A DNA stretch of 63,825 bases, filler included, from Rhabdomonas costata (GCA_019059605.1; 27 parts of 27 records of this genome joined end to end with filler, not necessarily neighbours in it), one strand, 5' to 3'; positions 49,244-62,147 are shown, numbered from the whole stretch's first letter. Program-made: numbers and translations. The notes: generated from the letters alone by a model not told the origin.

Positions 49244-50560
49244 ATGAAATGGGAACAAACCCCACCCAATATACACAAAAGGCATCGGTCACTCGATATA
49301 TTCCACCTGGACTGCAAAAGAGGGCTGAGATCAGAGTGTGAAAAGGCCGTGTGTTTCCGCGTTTTGTCTGCAAAAACACAAGCAGTATAGTTAAAACCCC
49401 ATCACAACTGTAAATCGCAGCCTTTGTTTGAATGCCTCAAAGAGCAGGGCATACCCGCACAAACGGGGTGCCAATTGTTCCGGCGAATAAACAATGCAAT
49501 AAATTACACGTGGGTGCAAAGGCTGAGACTCTCGTTTGCACCATTTTTGCGTCAAAGCATGGGGCAAAGACGAATGCAGAGACGATGTCGGGCTCGACAT
49601 TCCTCCTCAAATACATGTATCAAGCAAAAAANNNNNNNNNNNNNNNNNNNNNNNNNNNNNNNNNNNNNNNNNNNNTTAATTAATTAANNNNNNNNNNNNN
49701 NNNNNNNNNNNNNNNNNNNNNNNNNNNNNNNGACAGCAACGAACTGGGGGGCGTGATTTACCAAGAGTGGTGCAGCCACAATGCTCCTTGCGCGGAGAAT
49801 AGAATAGCGCGCCGGGCAGAGACGGGCAAACCCTGAGAAGATTCAGCACACGGGCCAGGGGGGCGGTCAAGGATACCCACTGCGCTGCGGTGTGCGAGCA
49901 GGCGGGCTTGGGCTGGACGCCTGCGGGCATCTTGACATCTTCGGCGCCTGCGGTGCGAATACCCTTTCACCCAGCTCTTCAACCGCTACGCCAAACGTCG
50001 TGGGGGACCCGAGTTGCTGCGGAAGCCGGGGCAGCCCAGAAGGAGCATTGGGAACAGCTGCCCACCGTGCCATCGGCGACCAGCTCTTCCGGGGGCTGCG
50101 GCTCGAGTTGGACTGCACGGGAGAGGGGCCTTCGGATCTCTTCGGACCTTCGGTCTACCGGCCACCTGCTTTGTAGAATTGTACATATTACCCGTTTGTT
50201 CATCCACTTTTGTTGCCTTCTTACTCTCCCCATGCAGGGCCATGGGCTGGCGGCAGTATAGTCCACTGCTGCGGGCATGTCCGTGTTCTTGTGGTCTTCA
50301 ATTTCCATATCTGCTACCTAGCCAAGGGTTCTGAGTGCTTAGGCTCACTTCTTGTCGTGCAATTGCCCTGCTCAGCCAGCGGTTTGTTCTTCACGACAGG
50401 TAGTTTGCCCTATTTATGACAGTTAATTTGCCCTTTCTGGTTTACTTCATTTTACCGTCTGATTTGTCTTTCAATTCTTTTCTGACAGACCGTTTCCTCG
50501 TACGCACACGCATCTCACCAACGCACCTGTTTGCAGCGTTATACCAGTTGTTTTAACAGA

Positions 50561-51300
50561 ATGTCACAGTCGCCAGCCTCGCAAGGCGAAAGTTCTGCTT
50601 CTGCGGGATGGCACTCTGAACCACTGATTGCAGCCATAGAAAGCGGTCGCGTGGAACTTGTGAGGTCTTTGCTCTCTGGTCAGCCACCGAAATACCCCAG
50701 AGACGTTCTCAATACAACAGGTTTGCACGTTCTTGTCATCTCCCATTTTGCACCGTGATGCTTTAGCACTAATAAAGGTTCAATTTATCGGCGTCCAAGT
50801 TCTCTGTCATTCGGTTATCCATAATTTCCCCTCTCTCGAAGATGATTCCGGAGAGACCCGCCTTGATCCAACTTTGAACCTTTAATTTTCCTCTCTTTCC
50901 CCACAAATCCGGACATCCAGTCATTAATCCGATTCGCATGCGTGAACAATCAGTGAGTTTTCACTTCAGATTTTGCAAAAACTTGACCCGATTTCCTCTC
51001 CTGATTTAGTTTCAGCGTCCTCAAAAAACTCTTCAAAACGCTCTTGTTTGTTGTTTTTTGTCACCGCCAATTTTTTAGTCCAGACCTTGTGGTCTTTTGG
51101 GATGTTTGGGTGCTTTGGTTTTTTGCACCTCCGGGACTGCCAGATTTCCGTCATCGTTTTTCCCAGCCTTTGAGGGTCCCAATGACTTCTACGGGGAAGC
51201 TCCTCTGCACGTCGCGGCCATCTCAGCGAACTTGGCAATTATGAAGCTCCTGCTCGAGTGCGGGGCAGACGTCAATGTTCGGACGATGCTGGAGAAAAAG
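50561..51300 (+). CDS. Ankyrin-repeat protein, first two exons (50561-50720, 51167-51300)
   Basis: MSQSP...EPLIAAIESGRVELVRSLL...NTT|AFEGPNDFYGEAPLHVAAISANLAIMKLLLECGADVNVR; phase-1 GTTTGC...CCCAG intron. Confidence 0.9.
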
Positions 51301-52104
51301 GTCACTTCCTACAGGCTTTCCCACGGGCGGCTGTCCCCCCGTGTTTACCATCGGTTTCAAAACACGGTGACACCTTCAGCAATTTTGCGTCACTATCGCG
51401 CTTGGAAAACGACAGTGTTCACTCTTTTCCGAGAGTGAACACTAACTTTTCCAGCTTCCCAAACTGGGCGCGCCCTCCAATTAATCATGATACCCCGGGT
51501 TTTGACTGCACCCGAAAGTCGAACGGGCATTGTGCGTGGTTGAGCGTTTCTTGCAAAATTTGCAGCAATTTTCAGTGACCGTCCAACTGTCCGTCTACCG
51601 TTTACCGTTTACCGTCACACCATCTCGTCAAGTTATAATGGGGTGAATGCAAAAAGAGAAGCAGGTGTTTCCTTCCGGCGAGCGATACACAGATGTAGCA
51701 GATGCGACAGATGCCACTCACCACAACAGGACAGATGTCACGGATGTCGCAAAAGTCGCTCGCTCTTCCAAGTTGAGGCTGCTTCTATTTACTAAAACGT
51801 CGTTGGCTGGAGACATGTACCAGGACCCGCCGCGAACCCACCAGCTTTGTGGGGTTAAGCTGAAACTCGCCCCCCCCCCCGTGAGCCACCCCTGTGGTTC
51901 ACGTTTGTGAACCAGCTGGTTCACGTCCGTGAACCAATCTCTGGGTATCAGAATCCAGAATCAGAGTCCAGGCCGCAACGCAACCCAAGGGAACTTCNNN
52001 NNNNNNNNNNNNNNNNNNNNNNNNNNNNNNNNNNNNNNNNNTTAATTAATTAANNNNNNNNNNNNNNNNNNNNNNNNNNNNNNNNNNNNNNNNNNNNGGT
52101 GTTG

Positions 52105-52378
52105 TTTTCATACTCCTGCTTTTCCGGAAGCAATACAAGTCTTCAGTTTTTATGATATGTTTTATGGTGTTGTCAAAGTGTCCTGGTCCAGGCTGAGCTT
52201 GCATAGGAACTCCGCCATCTCATTGAACGCATCCAGGGTTCTTGTGAGGTTGGGGTCTCTGCGAAAAGAAAGCCTTGGGGCGCTGGCAACGCAGTCACGG
52301 AGACACCAGACAACACCATAAAACATATCATAAAAACTGAAGACTTGTATTGCTTCCGGAAAAGCAGGAGTATGAAAA
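52105..52378. repeat. Perfect 70-bp inverted repeat (52105-52174 / 52309-52378) at a contig start
   Basis: Exact reverse complement. The left arm begins where the PreP exon breaks off. Confidence 0.95.
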
Positions 52379-54344
52379 TAACGCCCTAAAAGTCATTGGT
52401 TAGAAGTCACAATGGAAAACGATCGGGGTTTGTTGCGCACTGTTCCCTGTCGAATTGGGAGTGCGACTAGTTTCAATAGATCGATCTATAAATGCTGGCG
52501 ATGGAGGTTGCCAGACAAGCCCTATGTTAGTTCTCTCGCCACAGGAGACATGAGACGGTTGGTGAAAACGAAGTTCCGAACAACCTCCTGGCGGAATATC
52601 CCAGGGCAGTGTCCAGAGGAAATTGTGTCAAAGAAATGCTCTGAGGAAAGAGGGGAAGCGATTCATCGAAAGAGGCAACGAGAGGCGAGAAAAATGCAAC
52701 CGAACACAACGACAATTTTCAAAAGGAAACAGCAGCTGTGGAGGGCAAACAGGGAGCACACTATTCATAATCAAGGCTGCAAACGGAGGGTAGCTGACAG
52801 AGCACGATACGTTCTTTCAGCTTTCTATCGGTGCCCAATTTGGACTCTGGATCCTTTTCGTTCATAATCATGTCAGGTCCCAAGCCATCTTCAACTACCT
52901 CAAGCGACAGAAAAAGCGCGGAAGAAGAACCTGTAGGAGAACGCAGTGAATGTTCCCGAGAACAGGTTCAGGGTGGTCCCCACCCCGTACGCGCCTCCGG
53001 ACACCCGGACGTGGTCCCAGAGGAAGGTGCTTCGCAGAAACTTCGGCACCACCAGCGAGGACCCGTTGGGTGTGTGTCCCAGCCCAGCCAGCCAGACCCC
53101 CTTTCCGACGTGGTTAACCTAAAAGGCAGGGCATCAGCGCGGTGAGGTCATCAAAACAGAACAGAACAGAACAGAACAGAACAGAACAGAACAGAACAGA
53201 ACAGAACAGAACATTGCTCACCATAAGGAGAACTCTGATCCTTTAACCAAAATCTCATTACTAATTCTGACGCCGCAGATTGCAAACCCAACATGGCTGA
53301 GGTCAGCGAGAGCTCTCTGTTCCTAACTTTCCAGGGCGGGGACAATGCTGGAAACAAGACCGGGCCGGAGCACCCCGACCTTTGGGTCCATGAGTGCGGC
53401 TGCTGGAGAGGTTGGGCTCGAGGCCATCACCGAACGGAACGCCGTTCCCGCAGCGACAATGTAAATAATATAGCTATGACAACCACCGTGGTCCCTCCTG
53501 ACGTCCTGTACACAAGAAGAGCCCCTCTTGTCCCTAACCAGCTGCTGTATCGTATATTCGTTCACTCTGCTTTGACGCTAGGTACAATCAGGCACTTACG
53601 ATGTACATACATCGGTGAAGGTCTTTTCTGCCTTCAGAGGGGTTGCAAATACTCTCCCGCTGCCTGACCGCTTCTCGGGTGTGTGGATCATCCCACTGCT
53701 GCTGGACGGTTCTTGGGAAACCTTAAAACCTATTGACACATCGCATACCCAATGAGATGTGAAGGGAAAACCCTGGTACGGATACTGTCAGGCACCGAAA
53801 TCAGCTCGAATCCATATTACGGTCTACCACGCTGGTCTCAATTAGGCGTCACGCTGAAGGAGAATCTGACCCCATACCAAACAGGTATTTCCCCGGGGAA
53901 CATGGCGGCCAGCAGATGCCTGTTTGGGGACATAAGTTCCCTGAGTCAAGAGCAGTCGCAGTTCGGATGATGATGGGAAAGGTCTCTCTCTCCCACACGG
54001 GGCATTCTTCTGTCGCCCCTTTCCGTGGCGCGCGCACACACACAGCACCTCACTAGCGGCGACAAAGCACTCATTGCGGCGGGGCAGCAGAGGGAGCTTC
54101 TCCCAGTTTCCCATTCCACTTCTCCCCACCACGGGACGCGCGGGGAGGGCGGAGATCAGCTGCCTCAGATTGCCCTGCAGGGCACCTCCCCGCAGCACGG
54201 CGGGGTCCGCGGTCACCCCAACCACCAGCCCCTGCTGGTTTACCACCAGCGCGTGCAGCTCCTTCAGGTCGGCCAGGATGGAGCCCCAGTCACTGCCCAT
54301 GCGCCGGAATAGCTCTTGCAGCCAGGAGTAGTAGGAGATTCCTC
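52172..54344 (-). CDS. PITRM1: Presequence protease (M16C family, PreP/Cym1/PITRM1), C-terminal exons (54344-54049, 53118-52931, 52258-~52172 truncated)
   Basis: GGISYYSWLQEL...DWGSILADL...VTAD...NECFVAASE|VNHVGKG...FLWDHVRVSGGAYG...FSYR|DPNLTRTLDAF. The VRxxGGAYG and SYRDPN signatures are present and phases match. Confidence 0.93.
53155..53212. repeat. (ACAGA)n microsatellite just upstream of a PreP acceptor (reads TTCTG on the gene strand)
   Basis: About 11 perfect units. Confidence 0.95.
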
Positions 54345-54463
54345 CTTTTCAAGGGATGGCAAANNNNNNNNNNNNNNNNNNNNNNNNNNNNNNNNNNNNN
54401 NNNNNNNTTAATTAATTAANNNNNNNNNNNNNNNNNNNNNNNNNNNNNNNNNNNNNNNNNNNN

Positions 54464-55600
54464 ATCGTCGTAAATCTGCCTCAATGCCTCCAAATGCTCC
54501 TCTAGCGTCTTGTTGTATACCAATGTTGTCGTCGGTGTAGGCTCATGCCAAATTTTTTATCTTTTCGAAGATAAATTCGATTGTCTTCTGCAAGGAAGCT
54601 TGGGCATTGCAGAGTCCGAAATGGATGACCCGGTAGGCAAAGGTGCCGTATTTTGTTTTGAAGGCTGCGCGCTACACGTGGTCTTGGCGGACCCAAATCT
54701 GGAGTGCAGGTCGAGAAGTTATCTCCAACTTGATCAAGCATTTCGTCGATGCATGGAAGGTGTTGATTGTACAAAAGTGTCCGATTGTTGATGGGTCGGT
54801 AGTAAATCATGGCTTTCTGGACGAAAACGATCCCTGAGCCTTATGTGGGGCGTGATTCATTGGTGTAATGATGGTCCCGAAAGTCCTTCAGCTGAAGCTG
54901 TAACTAAGCATCTTCGCCGGTGGCCAATCTGTACATTCGCGGATCTGTGATGCGAAAACTATCTTCTTCCGCTTCCACATCTTCCTTTAGTGGTAGGAAG
55001 CGAGCAGTGCACACCGGTACCGATCATTATGTTCCACATCCTCCAGACTGTGGAGGCCGGACATGGGGTAGATAGGCTCATCCGCGGGTTAACCGCAGGT
55101 GGTTTGGGTGCTGGATGAGTAGTCATACGAGGATGAGCCTCCGGTTATATGATAACTAGACTTGGCAATACAAAATTGCTTGAAAGAGGTCACGCCCTAT
55201 TGGTTGGTTGACAGTGGCGTGATTGATGGAGGTCAGCAAGGCTACTGTATTCTACGAGGGTTCTCCAACGGTGCGCACAAAATGGGCTGCAAGTCTTGCA
55301 TCTAATGACATGCTGTAGGTGTGTCCGAAGACAAAGCAGGAGCGGCCGGTGTCTACTACTGGTTTCCATACTGCATAAGCTGCTTGAGCTGGTTTCAGGC
55401 CGGTTGGTGGCCGGACAATCGATTGTTTGATTTCTCTGAAGAAAAATGATGTCTGCTGGTACTGAACAACCTACTGTATCCATCTTCGGATTCTCTACGC
55501 AAGATGTTGGATGAGAAAATCCGCAGTGGCAGGTGTACAGACATTATCCACGAAAGGGCTCCAACCTGGAATGTCACCAGACATGCATTGCGTGTCTACT
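54464..55600 (-). mobile_element. Decayed Ty3/gypsy LTR retrotransposon gag-pol remnant
   Basis: IVFVQK..YRPINNRT..LPCIDEMLDQV; AAFKTKYGTFAYRVIHFGLCNAQASLQKTIEFIF; YTDD at 54539-54528; TLEEHLEALRQI. A Cys/His knuckle-like stretch lies near 55290. Stops and frameshifts present. Confidence 0.85.
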
Positions 55601-56950
55601 TGCCTGCATTAGCAGAAAATTGAGTCTTAATGGAGCTTGAAAAGGGCGCTGCTTGTGTACTTGCTGGAATTGTAATTTCGTACAAAATTAAGTGCTCGTT
55701 TTTACATGTTTTAACTTGGTACTAAACACAATATTTCAAACAGTTGTGTGTAGGAGTTTGAGGCACGGACGAAGGCTCACTATCAGCCTGAACGAGCACC
55801 CGATGAGGAAATCCAGTTTGGCAACGAAGGTAGAAGCCGTTGAATGTGGCCAAAGGGAAAAGCACACAAAATATTAGGCAATGAATTTTCCCCATCACTG
55901 CCAATAAACCGAGCGCAAGCATGGGATAATTAGCCAAATATGTGATTGTAGCATCGACAATATCGGAAAAATATACCATTGAAGTACGTGTGGAGTTGGA
56001 AACCTTTCATCAGTAACCAAATTAACTTAATGGGATTTGGAGGCAGCGCAGCAGTCTTGTACCAAAAACACAACGCATTGCTAATCAAAATGACCGTTTG
56101 AGATCAATCTTTCCGATATGTTAACGTAGGTAACGTGTTCTCCTCGTCCTGACGTGCACGCATAATTAAATATTCAATCAGTAGAACTGTCACAGCCCTG
56201 CTTGCAACCTCACCACTTACGTGTAACTCGGCGTCTGCCGGTGGTTCCAATGGGCTCGGTGTTCAGCAGCCGTATCCCGACTATGCTTTCGCAAAGTGGG
56301 AGCTGTCCCGGCTTACCTTGTGTGTCCCCAAGAGCGTGACTTTCTTATGAACGATACGGCTTCGACTTGCGTCAGAAGTCCGACGTGCGAGGGAACCTGA
56401 GGTCTCCATCGGTGTGAGAGTGTCCTGTATGCTGCTGCAACTGTGGTGGCGTGCAAGGCTTTTCGGTCTTTCCTCGAGTCTCTCCATCTCCATTTCTCTC
56501 GGCTTTTTCACCACCTCTGGTCACTCTGCAAACCAACAGAAGGAGATGGTGCAATGGGGAACCTGGTGTCTTGACTTTGCGGGCTCGAGGCCTCGGGCTT
56601 TCGCGTGGGCTGGATGGGAGCGACTCTGGCTACCCCTTCTGCCTCTCTACTCCATTCGAGTAGGCTGGGACTTACGCAGCATTTACGCAGCAAGCACAGC
56701 AGCGTTCACAACCACAACTGCAACAGCTNNNNNNNNNNNNNNNNNNNNNNNNNNNNNNNNNNNNNNNNNNNNTTAATTAATTAANNNNNNNNNNNNNNNN
56801 NNNNNNNNNNNNNNNNNNNNNNNNNNNNGCCGGCATTTCTCACTTTGAGCTCACCCAAAGACAGAAGACTAACAGTCCAAGGCACTGTTGCGGTGGGCGC
56901 CGATCTCTGACTAGGGTGGTTGAGTGGGAGGGGGGGCTGTTGGCAATCAC

Positions 56951-58931
56951 CGTCTCTGGTTGCACAAATGATGAGTACGTAAAGGTGAGGTGGGTGGTGT
57001 TGAAGCAATCCGTGCCGCGGTCCTCCACCTCCCCTTTGGAGCCAGGGTGAATGCAGTACAACGGGTCCTTGAACTCAATGTAATGGACCTGGGTGGGTGC
57101 GCACGCAGCGTATCTGTTAAAAGATGCTGAATGTATTCTTGCAAACGAGCGACATGGGAAGCAGAGAGAATGCATCTGCAATAGACAACAAACGGGACAA
57201 AAAGGGAATGAACGAAAAGTGCAGGAAAGGGCGCGGGAAAGATGTCATTGAAGGAAGAGAGGGGAGGAAAGGCTGGAAAACAAATCCGCAGATGCAGAAG
57301 CAACAGCATCATCGGCCGCAGCACTATTGCGACACTAGCGCGACAAAACAAGCTCGCCCGCTCGCTTGTCAAGCAATTCATGGCATCTTCAAAGCTGGAG
57401 GCAGCTTTCTTGCACGGTGCTTTTCGGTTGCATTTTTCCCGCTTCCCTAGTCCTCTCTCCTTATGCCGTTTCATCACGGACGTTTGGCAATGAAAGCGTG
57501 TCAGTGGGACGAGGCAGGAGAAGCATGTCACACCTCCGAGTCGCTGAGGTCGACCACACGGATCCTGCACTTCGCCTCGCGCCATTCCCACACCGCGAGG
57601 TGGTGCCTGTAGGCCTCAATCAACTCCACGAGCACGTCCGGGCGATGGGGAAGCAACTCAATCATTTCCTCTGGGAGATGAGCCACAGGCGGAAGACATC
57701 AAAAAGTTGAAGTGAGTTAAAAGTAGCGAGACGCTTCCGGTAAGAAAACGAGACTGCACTTGCTATGCTCCGAACAATCGTGATAGTACTGATGACTTTC
57801 CAAAAATAGGGGGCCAAAAAAAGAGGACCGCTGATCAACAATATGGAAGCACTGCAGGCACTCCAGGAAAACATGATGAAACAACAAAGCAAACAGAGCA
57901 CGGGATGAGATGCCTTCCGTGAACGTCCCGGCGTGGACGTAGCTGTACGTCACTCGGAAGTTGGGAGAAGCACCCCCGTCGTTGGTGAGGAAATAAAAGT
58001 AAGGTCCGTGATGGGTAAGGTAATACATCAGACCTGCCGTAGCACACAGCCGTGAACAGGCAATGCAACTCGTAAGCAACCGAAAGGGGCGAGTTGGGCA
58101 GGGTTCCCTCCCACCAATACCAAGAATGTTGCTAAGAGGTGGCACCATCATATACGGGCGGAGAAACACGAAGCAGTGCCCAACAGCGCCGCAAACATTC
58201 CGAAACCGTTGATAGAATCGACTGTCGCCTCCGCTGCCCCGCTACGTTTCTGTGTCATGATCTGCGCCCTCGAAGTGACGACACCCAAAACTCATATGGC
58301 AGGCATCGCTGGAAAACACTGGGGGAATGTGTTCAGGTGAGTATAGAGCCTCCAATTCTGTATCCTCATGGTAAAATGAGGACACCCGCAAGAAAGAGTA
58401 ACCCGTACCCTGCTTTCGGGGAAGTGTGATTGTGAAATCCCCCATGGGGTTATTGGCCTCCAGCACGCGGACCTGAACGAAAAGGGCCAAGAGCACGTCA
58501 GAGCCCATGCCCCGGGGGTAAGTTCTTGTTTTCTTCATTCCAGGTGTCCGCAGTAATATTATGGGTATTATTGGACTCGTGCTGGAGAAGATAACATTGG
58601 CAGTGGGAAACGGTGTGAAATGTGAAGAATGGCTCAGCAAAACGCAGGACTTTGTCGCTGAGTCCAAAATAATCAGCAATTCAAAGAATATATTGGGATG
58701 GGAAGATGCAAAGCAACCAAAAGCCAGCGATGAGACAGACCCTACAATAATTTCCACTTTATGGAAGGTGTTGCGATTCCTACCATTGCCTCCGCTCTCA
58801 ATAGAAAAGTGCAAATTGCTCTGTTTCGAACAGTTCTCACTCACCATCACAAAAAGACCTCTTCACAGTCAACTCCCTTGCACGTCAGCAAAAGGTACCG
58901 CCCTGAACTCGTGTTGGTGATGGTAATATAC
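56951..58931 (-). CDS. OPB: Oligopeptidase B (S9A) beta-propeller exons (58931-58859, 58472-58409, 58033-~57914, 57670-57534, 57088-56951)
   Basis: YITITNTSSGRYLLL..EE|VRVLEANNP..LPRKQ|GLMYYLTHHGPYFYFLTND..NFRV..|EMIELLPHRPDVLVE..|VHYIEFKDPLY..FNTTHLTFTYSSFVQPET. All phases match. Confidence 0.88.
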
Positions 58932-59286
58932 CTGAAGGGAGCAAGGAAAACGAAAATTATTCATCGGATCGAATCAAAATAGTTATTCATCGGAAAAGCT
59001 GGAGCAAGAGAATAATCAAGGTAAGCAGAGACCCAATCCCAGCTCACCAGCACACATGGTAACGTTACCTCTGGCGGCGCACATAACACCACCCNNNNNN
59101 NNNNNNNNNNNNNNNNNNNNNNNNNNNNNNNNNNNNNNTTAATTAATTAANNNNNNNNNNNNNNNNNNNNNNNNNNNNNNNNNNNNNNNNNNNNGTTTTT
59201 GGGGACACGTGCGTGGCTTCCTAACACGTGCGAAATGAAATATCCTGTCCTTCAACAGTGTACCTTATTTAGGGACACGTGCGTGG

Positions 59287-61454
59287 GGAAGCGATGCACG
59301 TGTCCCCCAGAAAAGGATATTTCATTTCGCACGTGTTAGGAAGCCACGCACGTGTCCCTAAAATAAGGTACACTGCTGAATCGATGCTAGATAAAAATTT
59401 CTTTAAATCTGAAGTGAAAAATCAGTGGAGGATTCCAATCAGATCAAAATAAGAAATTTTTTCAATTCGGAATATAAGAAACGCGTGAATTTTTAGCTGC
59501 AGGTCTGAAAATGTCGTTCACACCAAATGAGCAAGACACGCAGCAGATTCTGAAGTTACTCCAGGAAAGCAGGTACTTTTTCTTCTGGTTTTGTTGGAAG
59601 TGGAAGTCTCCAGTCACCTAGAATGGGGCTGTCTCTTCTGCCTCGGGGATCGCTCTGGTGGTGCTTTCACGCGTTTCGCGCTTTGCCGTTTTTGAAACGG
59701 GGGCGGGAGGTGCCAACCACTTTGCCTGTTGATCAAGCCGCAGTGACACCGGAAATGGTGAGTGGAAGAACAAGAGTCGGAGGCTGGTAGACATTCAAGC
59801 TCTGTGTGCTCTCTTGCTAGCACCAGGGCCCTATAAGGGGGGGACAGTGGTTGGGTTGAAGATGCATGCCTGACGGAAGCGCGTCAACTGGCTCACCACA
59901 ACTGGCCCACCTGGTTTGTGTTGGGGGAAGGGTAAAAATACACGTGAGCAGAGCACCGTGGTCGAAGAACTGGGAGACAGTCGTCGGTCAGTTTGTGGGT
60001 TGTGATGAGCTCACACCGCTGAACTTCTGAGGATCTTCATCCGCTGTCTGACAACCTGACGACTTGTTTTTTCCACGGCAGTCGCACGACTTTTTCCGTT
60101 TCATTTGGGAGACCTTCGTCGGTCTCTTATCGCAGGGGTGTTTTCGGGTGGGTGGGTTGTGGGTGGGCACCGCTGGCTCACAGTCACCACCGTTACCCAT
60201 TGGAACCGTTTCCTGCTGTTCGCGGTCATGCTTTGCTCTGCCTTTAGCTCCCGGTCCCCACCCCTCTTTAAATAATCCAAACTACCCCCAGGACTGCCAT
60301 GTTAAGCTCCACGCTAGACGCACTCCAGCGGGATGTTTCATTTAAAATTTGTGACGCCAAGTGACGGCGACGCGAATAATGGGTGAAGCAAAATAAATGC
60401 GCCTCTATAAAAAGTCGCGCAAAGTAATAGTGCTGCTATTACAAAGGGGAATTAACAGATAAAACAAGTCCAAGGCGAGGTGCAAAGCAACGCCCTCTGG
60501 ACCCCCTGGAACGCCTTGGGAAACCTTGGGAAAATAAATACCTTGCCGCTGGCGGCTGCATGCCAGGCAACTGGTCTTACTTCCGTAGCAGCCCAAAACA
60601 TTGCAGAGCGGAATTTTACATGTTTCATGTAAAGCCCCTTGGAAAGTTTTGATGCATGCATGTCTTTCCTGCTTGACCTGCTGGGTGGGTGTGCCCTTAC
60701 GTTGGCTTAGTGTTCGTGGTGTCTAAAGTCAGGGTGAAACTGAAAATCTCACACTTCGTGCACAGACGTGGAGAGATGCGAGGGAAGGAACAATTACAAA
60801 ACCCCAACGAGAAGAATAATGCTCGTGTTTGTGAGGGGGAGGGGCAAATTAAAGCCAATGGGAAGTGTTATTCACCATCTTTGGTTCGTTAAACTGAAAC
60901 GTTTCCGCAGGTGGTCCTCAATTTGACTTTTTTGGATTACAAAACTCACTCATCACTAACGCCCTTGGTCTAAATGAAACAAAGATGGCGTTTTCGAAAT
61001 ATTATAGACATCGGTATAAAAGGAAAGGTGAGGGGATACTTGTCCTCCCGCGAGTATTCGTGAGAACACGTTTCACCGAAACACAAGAATGGAAATCCAG
61101 GATTTTTACCTTTTTGTATTTAATAAAAGATATGGCACTCCTTCAGGAGTGTACCTTTTTTCCTGATGGAGCGATGCACTGATGGTGTCGTTTTCTTGTG
61201 ATCTCGCGTGGGGTTAGGAAGCGATGCACGTGTCCCCCAGAAAAGGATATTTCATTTCGCACAGGGTTAGGAACCCACGCACGTGTCCCTAAATAAGGTA
61301 CACTGCTGAATCGATGCTAGATAAAAATTTCTTTAAATCTGAAGTGAAAAATCATTGGAGGATTCCAATCAGATCAAAATAAGAAATTTTTTCAATTCGG
61401 AATATAAGAAACGCGTGGATTTTTAGCTGCAGGTCTGAAAATGTCGTTCACCCC
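59287..61454 (+). repeat. ~240-bp near-identical direct repeat (59287-59524 / 61217-61454)
   Basis: The same sequence with a handful of substitutions and indels; it includes the transportin 5' region and ATG. Confidence 0.92.
59511..59572 (+). CDS. TNPO1: Transportin (importin-beta2)-like first exon; a second copy starts at 61441 and is cut by the contig end
   Basis: MSFTPNEQDTQQILKLLQES|GTAC resembles the transportin N-terminus (xPxEQxxQQILxLLxES). A CAG acceptor lies 8 nt upstream of the ATG. Confidence 0.6.
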
Positions 61455-62147
61455 CAACNNNNNNNNNNNNNNNNNNNNNNNNNNNNNNNNNNNNNNNNNN
61501 NNTTAATTAATTAANNNNNNNNNNNNNNNNNNNNNNNNNNNNNNNNNNNNNNNNNNNNTGTGGGTTGTGCATGTGTGTATGGGGGTGCGTAATGAATCTG
61601 GAGGTGATGTCTGCTATCTGTCATCGGCTTTCTCAGTGAATCCTTTGGCATGGCGACACACGTAGTCGCAATACTGCTGGTAGAGCACTTTTGTTTTTGT
61701 GTTTTCTGCCTCCCCCCTCCCCCCGCTTTGCCTACTGCCCTCAACACTCACAGGTCCTTTTATTCGTTGCCCTCTTTCTCTCATCTTTGGTACAGCCCTC
61801 TTTGGTTCTTTTCTGCCTTCTCCTTTCTGCTTAATTAATTATTGATGGCTGCCGTGCTGGGGTGCTGGAAGCACAGTGTTAGAACTTTTGAGGACAGTGA
61901 GCAAAGCAGAAAACCCAACTACCTTTTTTCCAATGTGCCATTCCTGCGTTTTCCTCCTGCAGGTTTGAAGCTTTGCTGATGTTGTGTTTTTCTTGGGTGG
62001 TGTGAAAGCCGTCTAAGAAAAGGTAACCTGTCTCTCAATGCATCGGTCTGCTGCCTTGGAAGCCGTACCGCAAAAGAACGTTCCTCAGGGTTGCCAAGAG
62101 GAGAGAGAGGTATTCGGAAAGCAAAGCAGGAAGGGAGGAGGTCCGAC

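Noticed and set aside
49130..49390. Poly-Val and poly-Thr ORFs
   Set aside because: They are translations of an intronic (GTTGTG)n microsatellite.
52412..53145. Plus-strand 151-aa and 104-aa ORFs
   Set aside because: They are antisense to the PreP intron and exon and have no recognisable motifs.
58242..58920. 202-aa and 119-aa ORFs as independent genes
   Set aside because: They overlap oligopeptidase B introns and exons; only the short spliced exons show family motifs.
2273..61558. Regularly spaced identical TTAATTAATTAA repeats as a CRISPR-like or periodic array
   Set aside because: They are N-padded artificial linkers, and the periodicity comes from size-sorted contigs.
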